Assembly: GCA_965603825.1 (NCBI GenBank)
Contig: CBFDEM010000015.1
Span: 248,001-312,000 of the forward strand
Length of the DNA stretch: 64,000 bases
From: Blepharisma stoltei ATCC 30299
Lineage: Eukaryota > Protista > Ciliophora
Direction: 5' to 3'
Shown: positions 36,236 to 48,287 of the stretch, one piece after another
Layout: each line of letters opens with the position of its first letter
How positions within the stretch are numbered: position 1 is the stretch's first letter
Translations under genes and position numbers: made by a program
The notes under the pieces: model-generated
Told to the model about the DNA's origin: nothing
Seen by the model: the letters and a program-made list of their open reading frames with translations, nothing else
Database searches by the model: none

Positions 36236-38269
36236 TTAATCCTTAGTCTTCAATATCACTCTTTCAAGATTCAATACAGGTATTTCTACAAGTAAGCTTA
36301 ATATAAAATTTAATAAAAATGCTAAAACTGTGATAACAATAGCATCTATAAAAAAATTCAGCTGACCCAAGTAATAAGAATTCCCTTGAGAAAAAAATAT
36401 GATTCTTCCAATAATCATGTGACATAGAAATACGCCAAATGCTAACTTGCCTAATGGAGCTCAGAAATTGGAGCTTAATATAGAGGATACTGCCTTATTA
36501 TGTCCCAGAAGGATTGGCAGCATGACTAAAGTTAAGGATAAGCCCCATGCTATTCTATTGGTACTTAAATATAGCGAATTTTGAACTCGGCTTCATTTTT
36601 CCATATCTTGAAAGGCATCATATTGTATCCAGATATAAAAATTCATTAGAAATGCTCCGAAAAAATAAAGGATATATCTAATTCATTTATTTTTTTTTAT
36701 TTTAAAAGAAATTCTATACGCTCAATAATCAAAGCTGCCATCAGTATCATTTTTTGAGGTATAGTAAATAAATCCAGTTATCATTCCAATAGCATATGGA
36801 GCTATTCTGCAATAAGGCTTATAATATAAATCTTCCATATATCTCTTATTTTGATCAGAAAAAAGCACTGTGTTAAAATTTTCATCAAAAGCAATAGCAA
36901 ACGATGCTATAAAGCTCATTACTGTTAAAAAAATATTTATTACTCAGCCAAAAATTCTGCTTATCTTTGTATAAAGGTAAATAATTGGTAGAGAAATAAG
37001 GAAAAATTGCATATCGTTAGCAATATATCACTCCCCCACTAAGCAGTCCATACTGCCGTGAGTGGGCATATAAAAATTATTGATAAAAATAATAACTGTC
37101 CAAAACCAATCTTTACAGTCCCTATGCAAGATTTCTTCAGCATTGTATCATTTAGGTCCATCCCCTATATATTGGCTAAATGTCCATCCTATGCAAATAA
37201 TAAAAATATAAAACGGGAAGATCCTAATATATCGATGCATAAAAATCATAAACCAGTTCACTTTTGGCTTAGAAATCAAGTAATTAATCATTACATACGA
37301 CTGCAAAAATCCAGCTATTCAAAAAAAGGTATCTACAGCATATGGCGCTGAAAATAATAGTGTATAAACAGTTTTTTTAAAATAAACTTGGACTCTATCA
37401 ATATTAATATCAACGCTATCATATAGCCTATATAACTCTGTATGCCCAAGAATAATTCATAATATAGAAAACACTCTTAAAGCATTAAAAGTATCCAAAA
37501 CGCTTTTCTTTTCTTTAGTTTTTACAGATAGCAGCTTAGGTATATTTGAATATCATGAGAAGCATAGTAAAATTTCCATTGCTTTTGTGTTATTAAATTC
37601 GCTTTCTTTATGGATAAACGAAGAAAATGAGATTCTTTCAGGGTCATATTTTAATATAGAGTTTTCTGATATAATAGTTGAGGCTAAGTCTTGTTTTTTT
37701 ACGTGCAAAATCCTGTAGATTTCTATAGAAGTAGCTGAAATGCATGCAGCTAATAATAGAATTACAAAAATTAGCATCAATGATGAGCCTGCAGTAAAAT
37801 CTGAAAGAGTTTTAACTGAATTTTCAGGGAAATGGATAGATAAGTTTATTTCAAATCCCTGATCAGCCAAAATTCTTTTATGAGTCGATTCACTGTGAGG
37901 AAAATATTGAGAAATGTAAGGCAGCAGCTCAGCTGATGTAGTGTTTTTAGGAATTTCATTGATGATTTCTCAGTAATCATCAATTGTGCATTCTTCAGGA
38001 AAACAAAAACCAAAAACTAATGCTGGAATCTGGCTTAATTGAAAAATCACATAATTTGCCCCTTCTAAGTCTGTGCACTCATAGTATAGTCCGAGATCAT
38101 TTAAACCTTTCCCTGAATAAGCAACCATTTGAGAATACTTATCATCGCTTCCTGTATAACCTCCAGGAATTCCTTTGACCCATGATTTTAATTCAGATAC
38201 ACAAGTTGCATAATCACTCTGTGTAGGAGATGATAAAAACATCAAGAGAAAGAGGTGAGTTAATTTCAT
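36236..38269 (-). CDS. NRF-6-like membrane O-acyltransferase (NRF domain plus Acyl_transf_3, 677 aa)
   Basis: Signal peptide. YSGKGLNDLGLYYEC..FCFPEEC, LRVFSILWIILGH, AVDTFF, WYIANDMQFF, YYKPYCRIAPYAIG and LSLLVEIPVLNLE. Many TGA=Trp codons. Confidence 0.88.
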
Positions 38270-38937
38270 ATTTATGTTCCCAATAATAAAATTATTAAAT
38301 TAAGATGCCAATTTTAAAATAGGATATTTTGAAAAATCAAAATATTTAGTGTTTTTATTGTTTAAAAATTAATAAAATTCCTGAAATTTATTTTATTGCC
38401 GATTAAAAATGAAAATTAAATGCTTATTATAGTAAAATAAAATATTAAATCAACTTTTATAGAATCAGCTATAGAAATGAGCACCAAAAAATGTTTAAAT
38501 TTGCGTAAGATTAACTAACTTAGCTAATTCAAGTTGTTTAAATATATAGTATCAATTTCGCTTTGCTTTCATAAGCCAAAACGATTTTAGAATGTGGAGA
38601 TCTGACGACTTACGATATCTAAATGTAAAAACCATTAAATAATGATATCCATTTTCGCATTTTCTGATTAACTTTCGCTTCAAAGTCATATTTTCTTATC
38701 AGAAGTCAACTCTAACTAGCAGAAATTACTTGAAACCTCTTCTTACTTTCATTAAAATCGAATTCATATTATAAAAATAAAAAATCGTTTCGTTTCTTAT
38801 GAGCTCCTTATATATTCAGCTATCTAAAATTTTTTATCAATTTTCTTAACAATCTTTCTATGAATATACTATAAATTTTCTCTGAAATTTACAAAATATC
38901 CAAAAATCGATAAACTAATCAGTTAAAGTTTATAAAG

Positions 38938-40311
38938 ATGGGTGATTATCATCTCCTCAAAGACGATAAAGTCGACAATTCAAATACCAATCAGACAGAA
39001 CCTGCAGAAAATGCAAACCAACAGCCTCAAAAAATCACTTGGGAGCTAATAAAATTATACTTCCGCCACCCATCTCGGCTGCTTGAAGAACGATTTAGCC
39101 CTGGCTCATTAAAAGGTAGTGTTTTCAATATCCTAGCTGCTACAATCGGGGCAGGCATTCTTACTCTGCCTTATGCTGTAAATCTTGTTGGGCTATACCT
39201 AGGTTTCTTTATCCTCATTGCAGGATTTTTGGCAAGCCTTTATACATCGAGATTACTTATCACATCTTCAGACTGGACTACTGTAGCTTCCTACGAAGGC
39301 CTTGGTGAAACTTTATACGGTCCCAAAATGCGTACATTTTGCGAGGTAATTATCATTATCAACAACTTTGGGATATATGTAGCTTACTTAGTCATTCTTA
39401 TGGGTCTCGGCCCACACGTTTTTCACCTTATGGGAATCGACAACTCAATACTGAAAAACCAGTACCTCTGGGGAGGAATTATGGCTGTCTTTATAGTGTA
39501 TCCTTTGACGATCGCCAAAAAGATTTCAGCATTAAGATATACTTCAGCGCTGAGTACTGCTGCGTGTGCATATTTGGCCATTTTAGTTACATATGAGTTT
39601 TTCGTTATGAAAGATGGAGAAACCCTCGACAGATTCACAGAAGCACCAGTTGCTGAGATAGACCCATATAGGATCTTTATGATGTGCCCTTTGATATTTT
39701 TCGCTTATACATGCCATCCTAGCGTTTTAATGATTTATGCAGGGTTGAATAGAAGGACCACAGTTAGAGGACACAAATTCCTCTGGAGAGGCCTATTGAC
39801 AGTTATGATAATTTACGTCTTAGTCGGAGTTTTCGGGTATTTGACTTTTTATGACGAAAACGGAGGTTATGAGAATTTCCCAAAAATTATTTTAAGCGCA
39901 AATTATAGAGAAGGAAGTGCTGGAGTCATTGTAGGAACAATCACAATGTTTATTACATTATTGTGTGGATGCCCAATGCTGCTTCATCCATGCAGGAATG
40001 CAACTTTATCGCTCATTTTTAAAGACAAGCCAGCACCAAGGACGGAGTTTTTAGGACTTGCAACGATTTTGGTATTTGGAGGTCTTGGACTTTCTTGGGT
40101 TGCGCCTAATATTATTTCTGTGCTTAGCCTTGTAGGGTCTTTAACAAACCCTGTCATTAGCTATATTTTACCATGCTTGTTTTATGTAAAAGCCCACCCA
40201 GGAAGCTCTTGGTATAGTGCAGATTTGCTACTCTGCAGGTTTGTAATGGTTTTCATGTCAGGAATCGCCTTTATGGGAGTAGTGATGTTTTGGTATGGCA
40301 TTGCGAAGTAA
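38938..40311 (+). CDS. Amino acid transporter, AAAP/SLC38 family
   Basis: SVFNILAATIGAGILTLPYA, FFAYTCHPSV, VGVFGYLTF and about 11 hydrophobic segments. Confidence 0.93.
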   Translation: MGDYHLLKDDKVDNSNTNQTEPAENANQQPQKITWELIKLYFRHPSRLLEERFSPGSLKGSVFNILAATIGAGILTLPYAVNLVGLYLGFFILIAGFLASLYTSRLLITSSDWTTVASYEGLGETLYGPKMRTFCEVIIIINNFGIYVAYLVILMGLGPHVFHLMGIDNSILKNQYLWGGIMAVFIVYPLTIAKKISALRYTSALSTAACAYLAILVTYEFFVMKDGETLDRFTEAPVAEIDPYRIFMMCPLIFFAYTCHPSVLMIYAGLNRRTTVRGHKFLWRGLLTVMIIYVLVGVFGYLTFYDENGGYENFPKIILSANYREGSAGVIVGTITMFITLLCGCPMLLHPCRNATLSLIFKDKPAPRTEFLGLATILVFGGLGLSWVAPNIISVLSLVGSLTNPVISYILPCLFYVKAHPGSSWYSADLLLCRFVMVFMSGIAFMGVVMFWYGIAK

Positions 40312-40642
40312 TGATTTAAGTTAAGCTTTAATATTGAAATTAAAATGAAATTAGGATAAATAAACTATTAACCTTAATTTTAATGCATAAAGGCATTTTT
40401 TATTTTGAATATTTATAAGATTAGTTTAAGTCTAGGCCGTATACCTATCGAATTTTGCTAATTATCTCTCAAAATCTGTATTTTTGATGCCTCTTAGATT
40501 CAATAAAATGCTATATTTTCTCTCTTTAATAATTAAGTAGATAGAAGTGAAAATAAGATTTCTCTATGATAAATTTGCAAAGTTATATAATTCTTGATTT
40601 TAGACTTTCATTAACTTAATTTTATCATATTTTTGTCATTAA

Positions 40643-41959
40643 TTATTCCCAATCAACAATAAAATATGAATCTACATACTCTACTTTATCCCCATCTCTT
40701 TCAGGGTTTGGTATGCCAAAATGTATATACGCTAGCCTCTCTGCACATTTATTATCTTTTGGTAGCCTCTTATACTCATACCATCAAATAATTTCATCTA
40801 CTAGCTTCGTCAATCCTGAAACCTCCGCAGCAACAGAAATTGTATCATTCAAGCTAAATGTGATGTCTACTATATCTTTATTATAATTTCACCTAGAAAT
40901 TGAAAGAGCCATCATAATTCTTCCATCTCCACAAAGATTGATATCTTCAAAACTCTTTATACGTGTAATTGGCTCTATAAATAACTTTCCTTTGAAATCC
41001 AGGGGCTCACTTGTATAGACTAAGTCAAACTTTAAAGGATTTTTGGAAACTTTGGAAATTGTCAGAGCTGGGCGATAAATGCTACAATGATGAGAGGATT
41101 TGGAGTATTCTATATGTGTGTAAGCGAAAGAAATATAATAATTTGTGGATCGAAATTGTGTATAGGGAGATCCACCTCTTAAGCCACCAGGAAATCTGAA
41201 ATATTTGCCTGAAATTTCTGTGCATGGCTGTGTTAAATCAGTGCAGTCGATTACTTGAAAATTTTTATAGTTGTAAATAAAATAAAGATGCTCATTGTCA
41301 ATTATAAACGGTGTTCAATTTTTTTCATTATAAAACTTCAACACTTTATGTATTTTCATTGACAATGGGTAAGAAAATCCATTGGAAAATTTATAAAGCC
41401 ACATTTTTCTTTTCCTATCAATATCCAGCATATTATAAGCAACATAAATTTCATTCCCAGCCTTAAAAATTCTAGGATCTTCTGGTCCTGAATTTCAGAT
41501 TTCTGATTCTGGAATTTCAATAATCAAAATTCCAGGCACCAGTGTAACTCCTATCATTTCTTCAGTATTGACTTCATTTCAATCAGAATCGTAGAAACTG
41601 GCATATAAAACACTTATTCTTTGGTTAATCCGAAGTCTTACAATCGTAAGGAATTTTTCTTTTTCCGGCAACCAGATTGCTGATGGAAACATTATTTGAA
41701 GCTTTTCTTGATCTTGAAGAGCGCATTTTTCTTCATCTCGAAGGTGAGGTGCTATAAGATTATAAATAAATTCAGAGTCTGAAAATAATTTTGAAATTGA
41801 TGTGGCATTTGAAGAAAGTCATGGCTGAAAAGAGCCTGTTTCTAGTATAGATATATGATCATTTAGCATAAAAAATGGGCACTCTTTAATAACTCGAAGC
41901 TCTCGGTATGCTAATAAGCAATTGATAAGGATTCAAAATACTAAAAGAATGGTTTCCAT
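40643..41959 (-). CDS. GT91/GH130-like enzyme, paralogue 3 (438 aa; absent from the ORF track)
   Basis: ATG at 41959 (METILLVFWILINCLLA). One frame through at least 7 TGA codons. MFPSAIWL, FYDSDW, GPEDPRIF, EKN(W)TP and GLRGGSPY. TAA at 40643. Confidence 0.75.
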
Positions 41960-42034
41960 TTTTATAGTTTTATATTTTAAAAAAAGCAATTTAAAGATAA
42001 TAATTTAAATTCAATTAATAAAATTGATGGTACT

Positions 42035-43375
42035 CTAAAAATAATCGAGAACTCGCCCATTTAATAAATCTTCTTGATATGTAGCTAACCGAGTTATATC
42101 AATGATTCTCCTCTTGAAATCAGGGATGTTATAGTATCAATAAGCCAATTTTTCAGCACATTCGTCCTCTTTTGGTAATTTTTGCTCCTCATATAATTCT
42201 ATAACTTCTTCCACAATTCCAGTTAAGCCAGAAGCCTTGATAGCGACTGGAGCAGTATCATTTATGCTTAAAGTAATATCAACAATATCTCGGCCATAAT
42301 CCCATTTAGGAATTGAAAGTGCCATCATGATTCTCGCGTTTTGGCAAAATTTAATTCCTTCAGCCGAATCGACATTCAAAGCAGGCTTCAAAAACAATTT
42401 CCCTTCAAAATCTAAAGGCTCACTTGCATAAATCAGCTCATAAAACGGAGATCTATCAGTCACATAGATAATTGTTAATGTTGGCCTATATGCATGGCAT
42501 TGGCTATCTTTAAGCTTGTATAAAATATGGCTATAGCCAATAGAAACATAAAAATCGCTACTTCGAAATCGCATATATGGAGTCCCTCCTCTTAAGGAGT
42601 TAGGAAAAGTATCATATTTTCCTCTTATCCAAATGCAAGGTTTATTCATTTCTGTACAATCTATAATTTGGAGGTTTTTATGACTATAAATGAAATATAA
42701 ATGCTCAGTGTCTGTAATCAACGGTATTCAATTTTTTTCAATAAAATGGTCTGCAGCATTATGCTGAGAAATTGATAAAGGCCAATATCATCCGCTTTTA
42801 AAGCTATAAAGCCACATCTTTCTGTTTCTATCGTGATCAAGCATATTAAAAGCAATAAAAATTTCGTTTTTTAGTGCTTTAAAAATGCGTGGGTCTTCTG
42901 GTCCAGCATTTTCTTGGTCCCAATCGGGGATTTCTATTGGAATTACTCCAGGAACTGAAGTAGATCCTACGGTTTCTTCAATAAATACCTCGTTTCAATC
43001 AGAATCAAATCAGCTTGTATATAAAAAACTCCTATTTTTATTAACATTGACCCTAACTACTGTAAGAAAAAGGTTTTTTTCTTGAACTCAAAAAGCTGAA
43101 GGAAACATTAAAGAAAAATCTTTAGTTTTTGATAGTTCACAAGTATCAGCTTCTGGAAGGAATGGGGTTATGAGATTATATATAAAATCATAATCCAAGA
43201 ACAGTTTAAATATATTTTTATCCTTTTTTGGTAAAAATAATCCGTTACTTAATATTGAAACTCTGCTTTTAAGGTTAAAGATAGGGCATTTTTGCATAAC
43301 TTCGAGCTTTTTTATTGGAGAGCAAGGCAGTAATACTAAAGTGATGAATATCAGTAAAATCTGATTAACTTTCAT
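42035..43375 (-). CDS. GT91/GH130-like enzyme, paralogue 4 (446 aa)
   Basis: Hydrophobic N-terminus. MFPSAF(W), FDSD(W), GPEDPRIF, EKN(W)IP, SLRGGTPY and YRP. TAG at 42035. Confidence 0.75.
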
Positions 43376-43837
43376 TTATGTCCTTTTAATTTCACTATTA
43401 GTAAATTAGAAATGGGATTGATATTTAATGCAATTAATTATCTTTGTACTTTATAATCCTGAAATATAGCAAACATATATTAAGCACTGAGCTACAAAAA
43501 GAGAGCAAATACCCTCATATTTTACTGAAAATTCAATAAGATTAGTTTGTCATTCCTTCAAAACTCCTTAGAGTCAATTAATGTATTTAATTATGCCTAT
43601 GGGAATAAAAAATAATAAAACTTTTAGAATTGAAGATTATAGCCCTTTTATATTAATGCTTATGTAATAAGCCATTCTTAAAGCAATTATGGATGTAAGA
43701 TACTTAATAGCTGATATTCCAATATCTTTATCTGAGTTATAAAATAAGACATTATTGATAACATAAATTATAAAGAAAAGTATAAGGCATAAATATTAAT
43801 GCATTTCCTTTTATGCTTTTTAAATAGCGGGATATAA

Positions 43838-45979
43838 ATGTCCTTGCAATCTGTACAAATAATTACATATGAAGGTGAATTCACGTAATTTCTATTCAGC
43901 CAGCACATAAAGAATTTTCTGAGTTACTCAGGCTTAACCTCTACAAATTATCACACAGTCTCAATAGTAGGCAGTCAAAGCACAGGAAAAAGTACTCTTC
44001 TCAATCTGGTATTTGGTACAGACTTTGATACTCTTGATCCGATGCGAGAACGCAACCAAACTACCAAAGGTATTCATCTAGGCATCAACCTTGACTTTAA
44101 AACCCTTATTATTGATATAGAAGGTACAGACAGTCTTGCACGAGGTGAAGATGGCGCTGCCTTTGAGGCTATGGCAGCTTTATTTGCTTTATCTGTGTCT
44201 GATATCCTAATGGTGAACATGTGAACAAGTGAAATAGGCCGCTACAAAGCTGCCAGCATTGGGCTTCTAAAAACGATTTTTGAAGCTAACTTACGCCTTT
44301 TCTCTCAGGAAAGGAAAAAAAGGATTCTCTTTTTGCTTCGCGACTTTAATGACAAAAAAGATAATTTATTCGTCTTAAAGCAGCAAATGAGTAAAACAGT
44401 AGAAGAAGTCTGAGAGCAAATACATAAACCTAGTGAATATGCAATGAGCCATGTTTTTGATTATTTTGATTTTGATTTCAAAACAATTTCTACCAAAGAT
44501 TTTAAGCCAAAAGAATTCAAAGCAGATATTGATGAACTAAAGGAAAGATTTAGGGATGAAGAAAAGTTTGATTATTTGTTTAGGATGAAAAACACTGATA
44601 TACCAATTGATGGAGTTCCCCTCTATTATCAGACAATTTGGGATGTAGTTAAAAACGATAAAGAAATTAATATTCCTTCACAGAAAGAAATGCTTGCGAA
44701 TTTAAGATGCAATGAACTTAAGATAGAAGCTTATGAATGGTTTAAAAATAGCATGAGTTCTTTTGCAAAGCAAGTTGGAAGAGAAATCGTCAAAGATTTT
44801 GGAAAAGAAATAGCAAAATTTCTAAAAAAAGGGATTGATAAATATGATGAAAAAGCTGCTAATTATTATGAAGTAGTCTATAGAAGATTTAGAGAAGAGT
44901 TGATTGGCTTAGCTCTTGAGCAATCAAAAGATCTTTTTAGGCTGCAAATGAAATTTATATTAGAATCATATCAAAAGAAATTCAAAGTCCTTTTAGAAAA
45001 GAAAATCCAAAAAAATAAAACAATTGAAAACTTCAATGAAATAATTGCTGATATATACAAAGAAATTTTTGATGGATTTAACATAGACACCGAATCAAGT
45101 TTACTTCAAAATAGCGACTGAGATATAGATGAATATCGAAGCTCTCTTTCTGATTTTATGAATGAAAAATGTGCTTTTGAAAAAGAGAAAGAACTTGCCT
45201 TGTTGGAAAAAGAAGTAAATTTGCAACTTACTGGTGGAAAATTTTCAAACCAAATAAGCAGAGCTCTTGAACAAATGAATGAAGAAACAATGTGGGAAAA
45301 TTTGAAGAATATTCAAAGAGAGCATATGGAATCCTTAGAAAAACACTGTAAAGCTGTACTTGAAGGTCTTGGTTTCACAGATAACCAAATTGAGCAGCAT
45401 ATTTTAAACATAAAAGTCCAATTTTATGAGTCAATGAAATCAAAGATAAACAAATATTGCGACCATTTGGTCGATCACTTGGTAAGGCATTTTAATCAAT
45501 TATTTTTGAAAGATGAAAATGGGGTTCCAAGGACTTGGGATCGTGAAAATATCCAAGAAATTTACGCAGTCTCTAAAGCAAAAACAGTAAAAGTCCTTGA
45601 AAATTTTAGATTTTTCCAGCTGCTACCTGATTGGGACTATGCTCTTGATGATGTTAACTATGAAGAATTGTTGAACGAAGATAGATTTAGAATGATAAAT
45701 GACAGTTTTGTGAAAGATGCTGAAATAGCATATAAAGAAGCAGTGCATTTGAAAGAGTTTGGGTATAGTAGGACACATATTCCTACTTGATTTTGACTTA
45801 TTTTACTTTTGCTAGGATGGAATGAGATATTATGGGTACTTCGATCCCCAGTAATTTTATATCCTTTGATATTTATAGGAGCAATTATTGCACTGGCATT
45901 TTCTATGGGATTTGGATCCACAATCATCAATTTTGTAAAAACGCTTTATCAAGGCTACAATTTTTTTAGAAGTAATTAA
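43838..45979 (+). CDS. SEY1: Sey1/RHD3 ER-fusion GTPase
   Basis: [29 protein letters not shown](W=TGA), [14 protein letters not shown] and C-terminal TM pair LLGWNEI. Intron at 43885-43899. Confidence 0.93.
43885..43899 (+). other. 15-nt intron GTAATTTCTATTCAG
   Basis: GT..AG, A at position 10, in-frame TAA if retained. Confidence 0.85.
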
Positions 45980-46831
45980 TGTTTATTAAGAAAGCAAGCT
46001 TAAATGCTAATTGATCGTCTTTTCTGATAGATGACTATATAGTTTTTTGCTTTTATTTTTTAATTTGTAAGAAATCATAAATAAGGATAAATAAAAGTAA
46101 ATGCAAGCTTTTATCTTGAAACAATTGTTTGGCAAACCCAAAAATTTTTGCTAGGAAAATAATATTGAAAAGCAATGTAACTACAATAATAATAGTCTCC
46201 ACGCTTATTATTGAAATTAAGAATCAGAATTATATTTCTACATCAAAAATTGATTAATTTTAAGTCATTATTGATGGAATCCTTGAATTTGAAGGACAGC
46301 TAAAGATACCAAAAGTATTTTTAACCTAAACATTAAATAGTAAAATTTCCTTTGAACTAATATTAAATCCAGCAATAAAATTACTATTAAAATGGTTGGA
46401 AAAAGGGTCAATTGTTTTAATATGGTGCTCTGGTTGAAAAGACCTAACAGTTAATTGAAAAAGCGTATCATAAACCAAAAATACAATTATTTCATCGCTG
46501 GCCTTAGATCTTAGTGGGCAAATGATCGAGAACATTTGCTAAAAATACTATATCATAGAAGAAACTTAGCCATAGCAGATAGGATCTATCAATTGCTATT
46601 AATAATAAATTATGTTGAGCCAGGCTTCACAAAACATTTATTTCATTAGTAAAATAATCAATTTTTTGTTACATATATTTTCTTATCTGATTATATTGAA
46701 AGAGTTACTTTTAGTTATACCCTAAAATTTTACAACTATTTAAAAACTAATAAGTTAATATCCATAAGACTTTATTGCAAACTTATATGAATTTTCTCCA
46801 ATATAAAATTCGTAATAAACAAATTTCAGAG

Positions 46832-48287
46832 ATGAATGGTCAAATAGAGACATTGATTCCACAAAGTGTCAATCCTCCTCCTGGGGCTTATTTATATAAG
46901 CCCGAAGGAGACATGATTGCATCCGGCAAAGGAAAACATATCCAAAGGCACATATTTAAGAATCAGATTCTCACTGAACTCGAAGCTAAAAAATTGGCAA
47001 GACTTGAGGAAGAAGTGAAAAAATTAAAAATCCAAATTCCTGAAAACTGGGACAAAAATGAGCTGCTGAGATTTTGCTTCGGAACAGGCTGGAAAACAAG
47101 GAAAGCTCTTAAAGAATTCCAGAACCACCTAAAATGAAGGCGAGAGACATTCCCACGCGGATACTTATCCGTGTATCCAGAAGTAGCTGAATTACTGGTA
47201 AATTTTACAATAGACATTAGGAGCCTTTTATGTTCACGGTCGGGATCATTTCTATAGGCCAATTCTTATAATGAATTGTACGAAATTTCAATTCAAAAAA
47301 GTAATATTTACACAGATTCCTGATGAGACTTATATAAGATTTTTATGCTTCTTCTTTGAATATGTAACACAAAATATTTTACTTCCCGGGCATGTCGAAA
47401 CCTGGGTGAATATTGCTGATATGGGGCATTGGGGGATGACTCAACTTCCAATTAGTTCGCTTCGTAAGCTTTCTAAAATAATTCAAGCTAACTTCAAATG
47501 CCGCTTAGGAATAAATTACGTCATAAATCCACCTTCAACTGCTGTTATTATGTGAAATTTTGTTAAACCATTTTTAGATGAAGTTACCTTGCACAAGATG
47601 AACGTCTTAAAAGACTCAATACCCAGGCCATTGTTTAATCACTGCAATTTAAGTCAAGTTGAGCGAAAGTATGGAGGAACAGCGCCAAATGTGACTAGTT
47701 TTTGGCCACCTACATTTCCTCCAGGTCCTATTTCTCCATATGACGAAACTTTAAAAGAAGATACATATGATGAACCTGATATTAATATTAAAAAGAAAAG
47801 AAAAGACAAAAAGAGAGCACAAACAGAAATAATTGACAAGGAAGACGTTATTGTTGACATGGGAGAAATTTCTATGAATAATGACATCAAAGTAGAAACT
47901 CTGCTAGAAACAGCCAGAGAAGATGAGGAACTATTAGTTGAGGAAAAAATAATTGAAGTTGAAGAAGATCAAGTAACCAAAAAGGAAAAAGAAAAAGAAA
48001 CAAAAGACGAAAAGGAAATTAAAAGACGAAGAAGAATAAGCAAGACGTATAAAGTCATTAATAATGATATAGAAATTGATGAAGAGATAGGGAACGAAGA
48101 AAAAATTAGGAATAAAAAAGACAATTTAAGCAAACTTGTTTTTGAAGAATATTACGAAAATCATGATAAGCATAGCATCGAGCCTTTTAGCGTAGTTGAA
48201 ACTCGAGTTGCTGAGTCTAATTGCGGATTTTTGAGCGTGCCAGATTGTAGTTATAGTATATCGATGAATAGATGCAGCCTTCTTTAG
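46832..48287 (+). CDS. CRAL-TRIO/Sec14-like lipid-binding protein with acidic tail and C-terminal CSLL (CaaX-like)
   Basis: ELLRF..HLK(W)R, FYVHGRDHFYRPI, PGHVETWVNIAD, NFKCRL..VINPP and ERKYGGT. Introns at 47198-47213 (16 nt) and 47301-47315. Confidence 0.88.
47198..47213 (+). other. 16-nt intron GTAAATTTTACAATAG
   Basis: Exactly accounts for the +1 frame change between the two Sec14 ORF parts. Confidence 0.88.
47301..47315 (+). other. 15-nt intron GTAATATTTACACAG (stop-free)
   Basis: Consensus match only. Would encode VIFTQ if retained. Confidence 0.7.

Noticed and set aside
36236-43375. Acyltransferase, permease and GT91-like genes as a glycan biosynthetic cluster
   Set aside because: Neighbourhood in a gene-dense eukaryotic chromosome is not evidence of a shared pathway. 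Orientations are mixed and the other GT91-like pair has unrelated neighbours.
46326-46535. 69-aa minus-strand ORF between SEY1 and Sec14
   Set aside because: No recognisable motif or paralogue in the window, so it cannot be supported.
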